From assembly GCF_008365405.1 (NCBI RefSeq), contig NZ_QOKV01000001.1:411333-443332 (forward strand): 32,000 bases of DNA, read 5' to 3'. This DNA is from Azospirillum brasilense (lineage in GTDB: Bacteria > Pseudomonadota > Alphaproteobacteria > Azospirillales > Azospirillaceae). The notes beneath the pieces were generated by a model. It was not told where the DNA came from, searched no databases, and was given only the letters and a program-made list of their open reading frames with translations. Both the position numbers and the translations under genes were made by a program. This document shows positions 30,943 through 32,000 of the stretch, piece by piece (position 1 is the stretch's first letter; every line of letters starts with the position of its first letter).

Positions 30943-32000
30943 TCACGCCACGCCGAGGCGGCGCAGCGTTGGCAGGCGCAGGCGGGTGAAGCGGTCGAAC
31001 CGGGCGCGCAGCTCCGCCATGTTCGCCTCTTCCCCGTCGAGCCGGGCGCCGTCGCGCGACAGGGCGAGCCCATCGGCCGACAGCGCTTCCCAGGCGGTCG
31101 CCGCGGGGTCGGTGCCGTTGCGTTGCGCCACCAGGAACAAGCCCTCCAGCCGCGACACCGCGACGCCGGAGCCGAGGACGGGCGACGCCAGCGTGTCCAG
31201 CGTGTCGTCGCGGCGGTTGCGTTCCAGGATGGCGGCGTTGAAGCGGTCGGCCTGAAGCGCACGCGCCGCCTGACCAGCCTCGGGCAGGGCGGGCGACACC
31301 AGCGCCAAGCTGGTCAGGATCATCAGCGCACGCAGCACCGCCGCCTCGCCGTGGTGGGCCAGGGCGGGGAGGGCGGACAACTCGGCCAGTGTGGGCGTGC
31401 CGGCGGCCAGCGCCTCGGCCAGCGGGCCGTGCAGGTCTTGCGGCAGGGGAACGCGCCCGACCGGGGCCAGCACGACTTCCGGCAAATCGTCGGGCGGCAC
31501 CAGAAGGGCGAAGCGGGTGGCGCGCAGCCGCTCCCGCCGCTCCGCCGCGGTCAACCGCTCGGCACCTTTCACGAACAGGTCGCGGCGGAAGGCGCGGTTG
31601 GTCAGCAGGTCGCGCAAGGTCTCGCGGTAGGCCGGGTCGCGCGCCTCGGCCAGCAGGGGCAGGGCGTCCGGCGGCAGGGACAGCTCGTCCATCTGCTCCA
31701 TCGGGACGGCGGGGCCGGCGAAGTCCAGCTTGGCCGCCGCCAGCTCCCGCGCCACGTCGGCGTGGTAGAAGGCCGTCCAGTCGCGGTTCAGATATTCATG
31801 GGCGATGTAGTTGGGCGACTTGCGCTTCAGCGAGTCCAGCCGCGCCGGCAGCGCGTCGGCCTGGGCGAGCCAGCCGGCGTTGAGGGCGGTCAGGCGGCTG
31901 GCGAAAGCCACGGCTTCCTCGATCCGCTCCGGCAGCGGGCCGGTGCGGTCGGCGCAATGCTCGACCAGGACGCGGCGCAGCGGCATATAGGCGAGCGTGC
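30943..32000 (-). CDS. Protein with methyltransferase regulatory domain-like region (partial; N-terminus beyond window)
   Basis: PNYIAHEYLNRDWTAFYHADVARELAAAKLDFAGPA... resembles the predicted methyltransferase regulatory domain family. Frame stays open from 31986 through 32000 (TLAYMPLRR). Confidence 0.7.
   Translation of the reverse strand, partial: TLAYMPLRRVLVEHCADRTGPLPERIEEAVAFASRLTALNAGWLAQADALPARLDSLKRKSPNYIAHEYLNRDWTAFYHADVARELAAAKLDFAGPAVPMEQMDELSLPPDALPLLAEARDPAYRETLRDLLTNRAFRRDLFVKGAERLTAAERRERLRATRFALLVPPDDLPEVVLAPVGRVPLPQDLHGPLAEALAAGTPTLAELSALPALAHHGEAAVLRALMILTSLALVSPALPEAGQAARALQADRFNAAILERNRRDDTLDTLASPVLGSGVAVSRLEGLFLVAQRNGTDPAATAWEALSADGLALSRDGARLDGEEANMAELRARFDRFTRLRLPTLRRLGVA

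Overview
This is a high-GC alphaproteobacterial chromosomal window; its gene set looks Rhodospirillales/Azospirillum-like (inference only). It runs from the 3' end of rpoC, through a DJ-1/PfpI isonitrile-hydratase-like gene, into a near-complete str-S10-spc ribosomal superoperon: rpsL-rpsG-fusA-tuf-rpsJ-rplC-rplD-rplW-rplB-rpsS-rplV-rpsC-rplP-rpmC-rpsQ-rplN-rplX-rplE-rpsN-rpsH-rplF-rplR-rpsE-rpmD-rplO-secY-adk. The cluster ends at a strong intrinsic terminator after adk; rpsM, rpsK, rpoA and rplQ do not follow in this window. Downstream are a GntR/FCD regulator and EamA transporter (minus strand), N-formylglutamate amidohydrolase-like and YbdK/GCS2-like carboxylate-amine ligase genes, an O-acetylhomoserine sulfhydrylase-like gene with an alpha/beta hydrolase, a multi-PAS histidine kinase, an Hsp20 gene, a DUF1465/RcdA-like gene, rpmE, an MsbA-like ABC exporter, a DUF2243 membrane protein, and the C-terminal part of a protein resembling the methyltransferase regulatory domain family. 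I found no CRISPR array, transposon, prophage, tRNA/rRNA, toxin-antitoxin or defence island. The most interesting signals are non-coding: (1) a ROSE-like RNA thermometer hairpin with the characteristic bulged G covering the Hsp20 Shine-Dalgarno; (2) promoter, long leader and intrinsic-terminator-like hairpin arrangements ahead of both rpsL and rpsJ, suggesting attenuation; (3) perfect palindromic operator candidates, 20 bp at the start of the EamA transporter and 15 bp (7-1-7) in the GntR gene promoter; (4) a structured leader with tandem TTCGAA motifs before the sulfhydrylase-like gene. All structures were found by eye and need folding and comparative tests.
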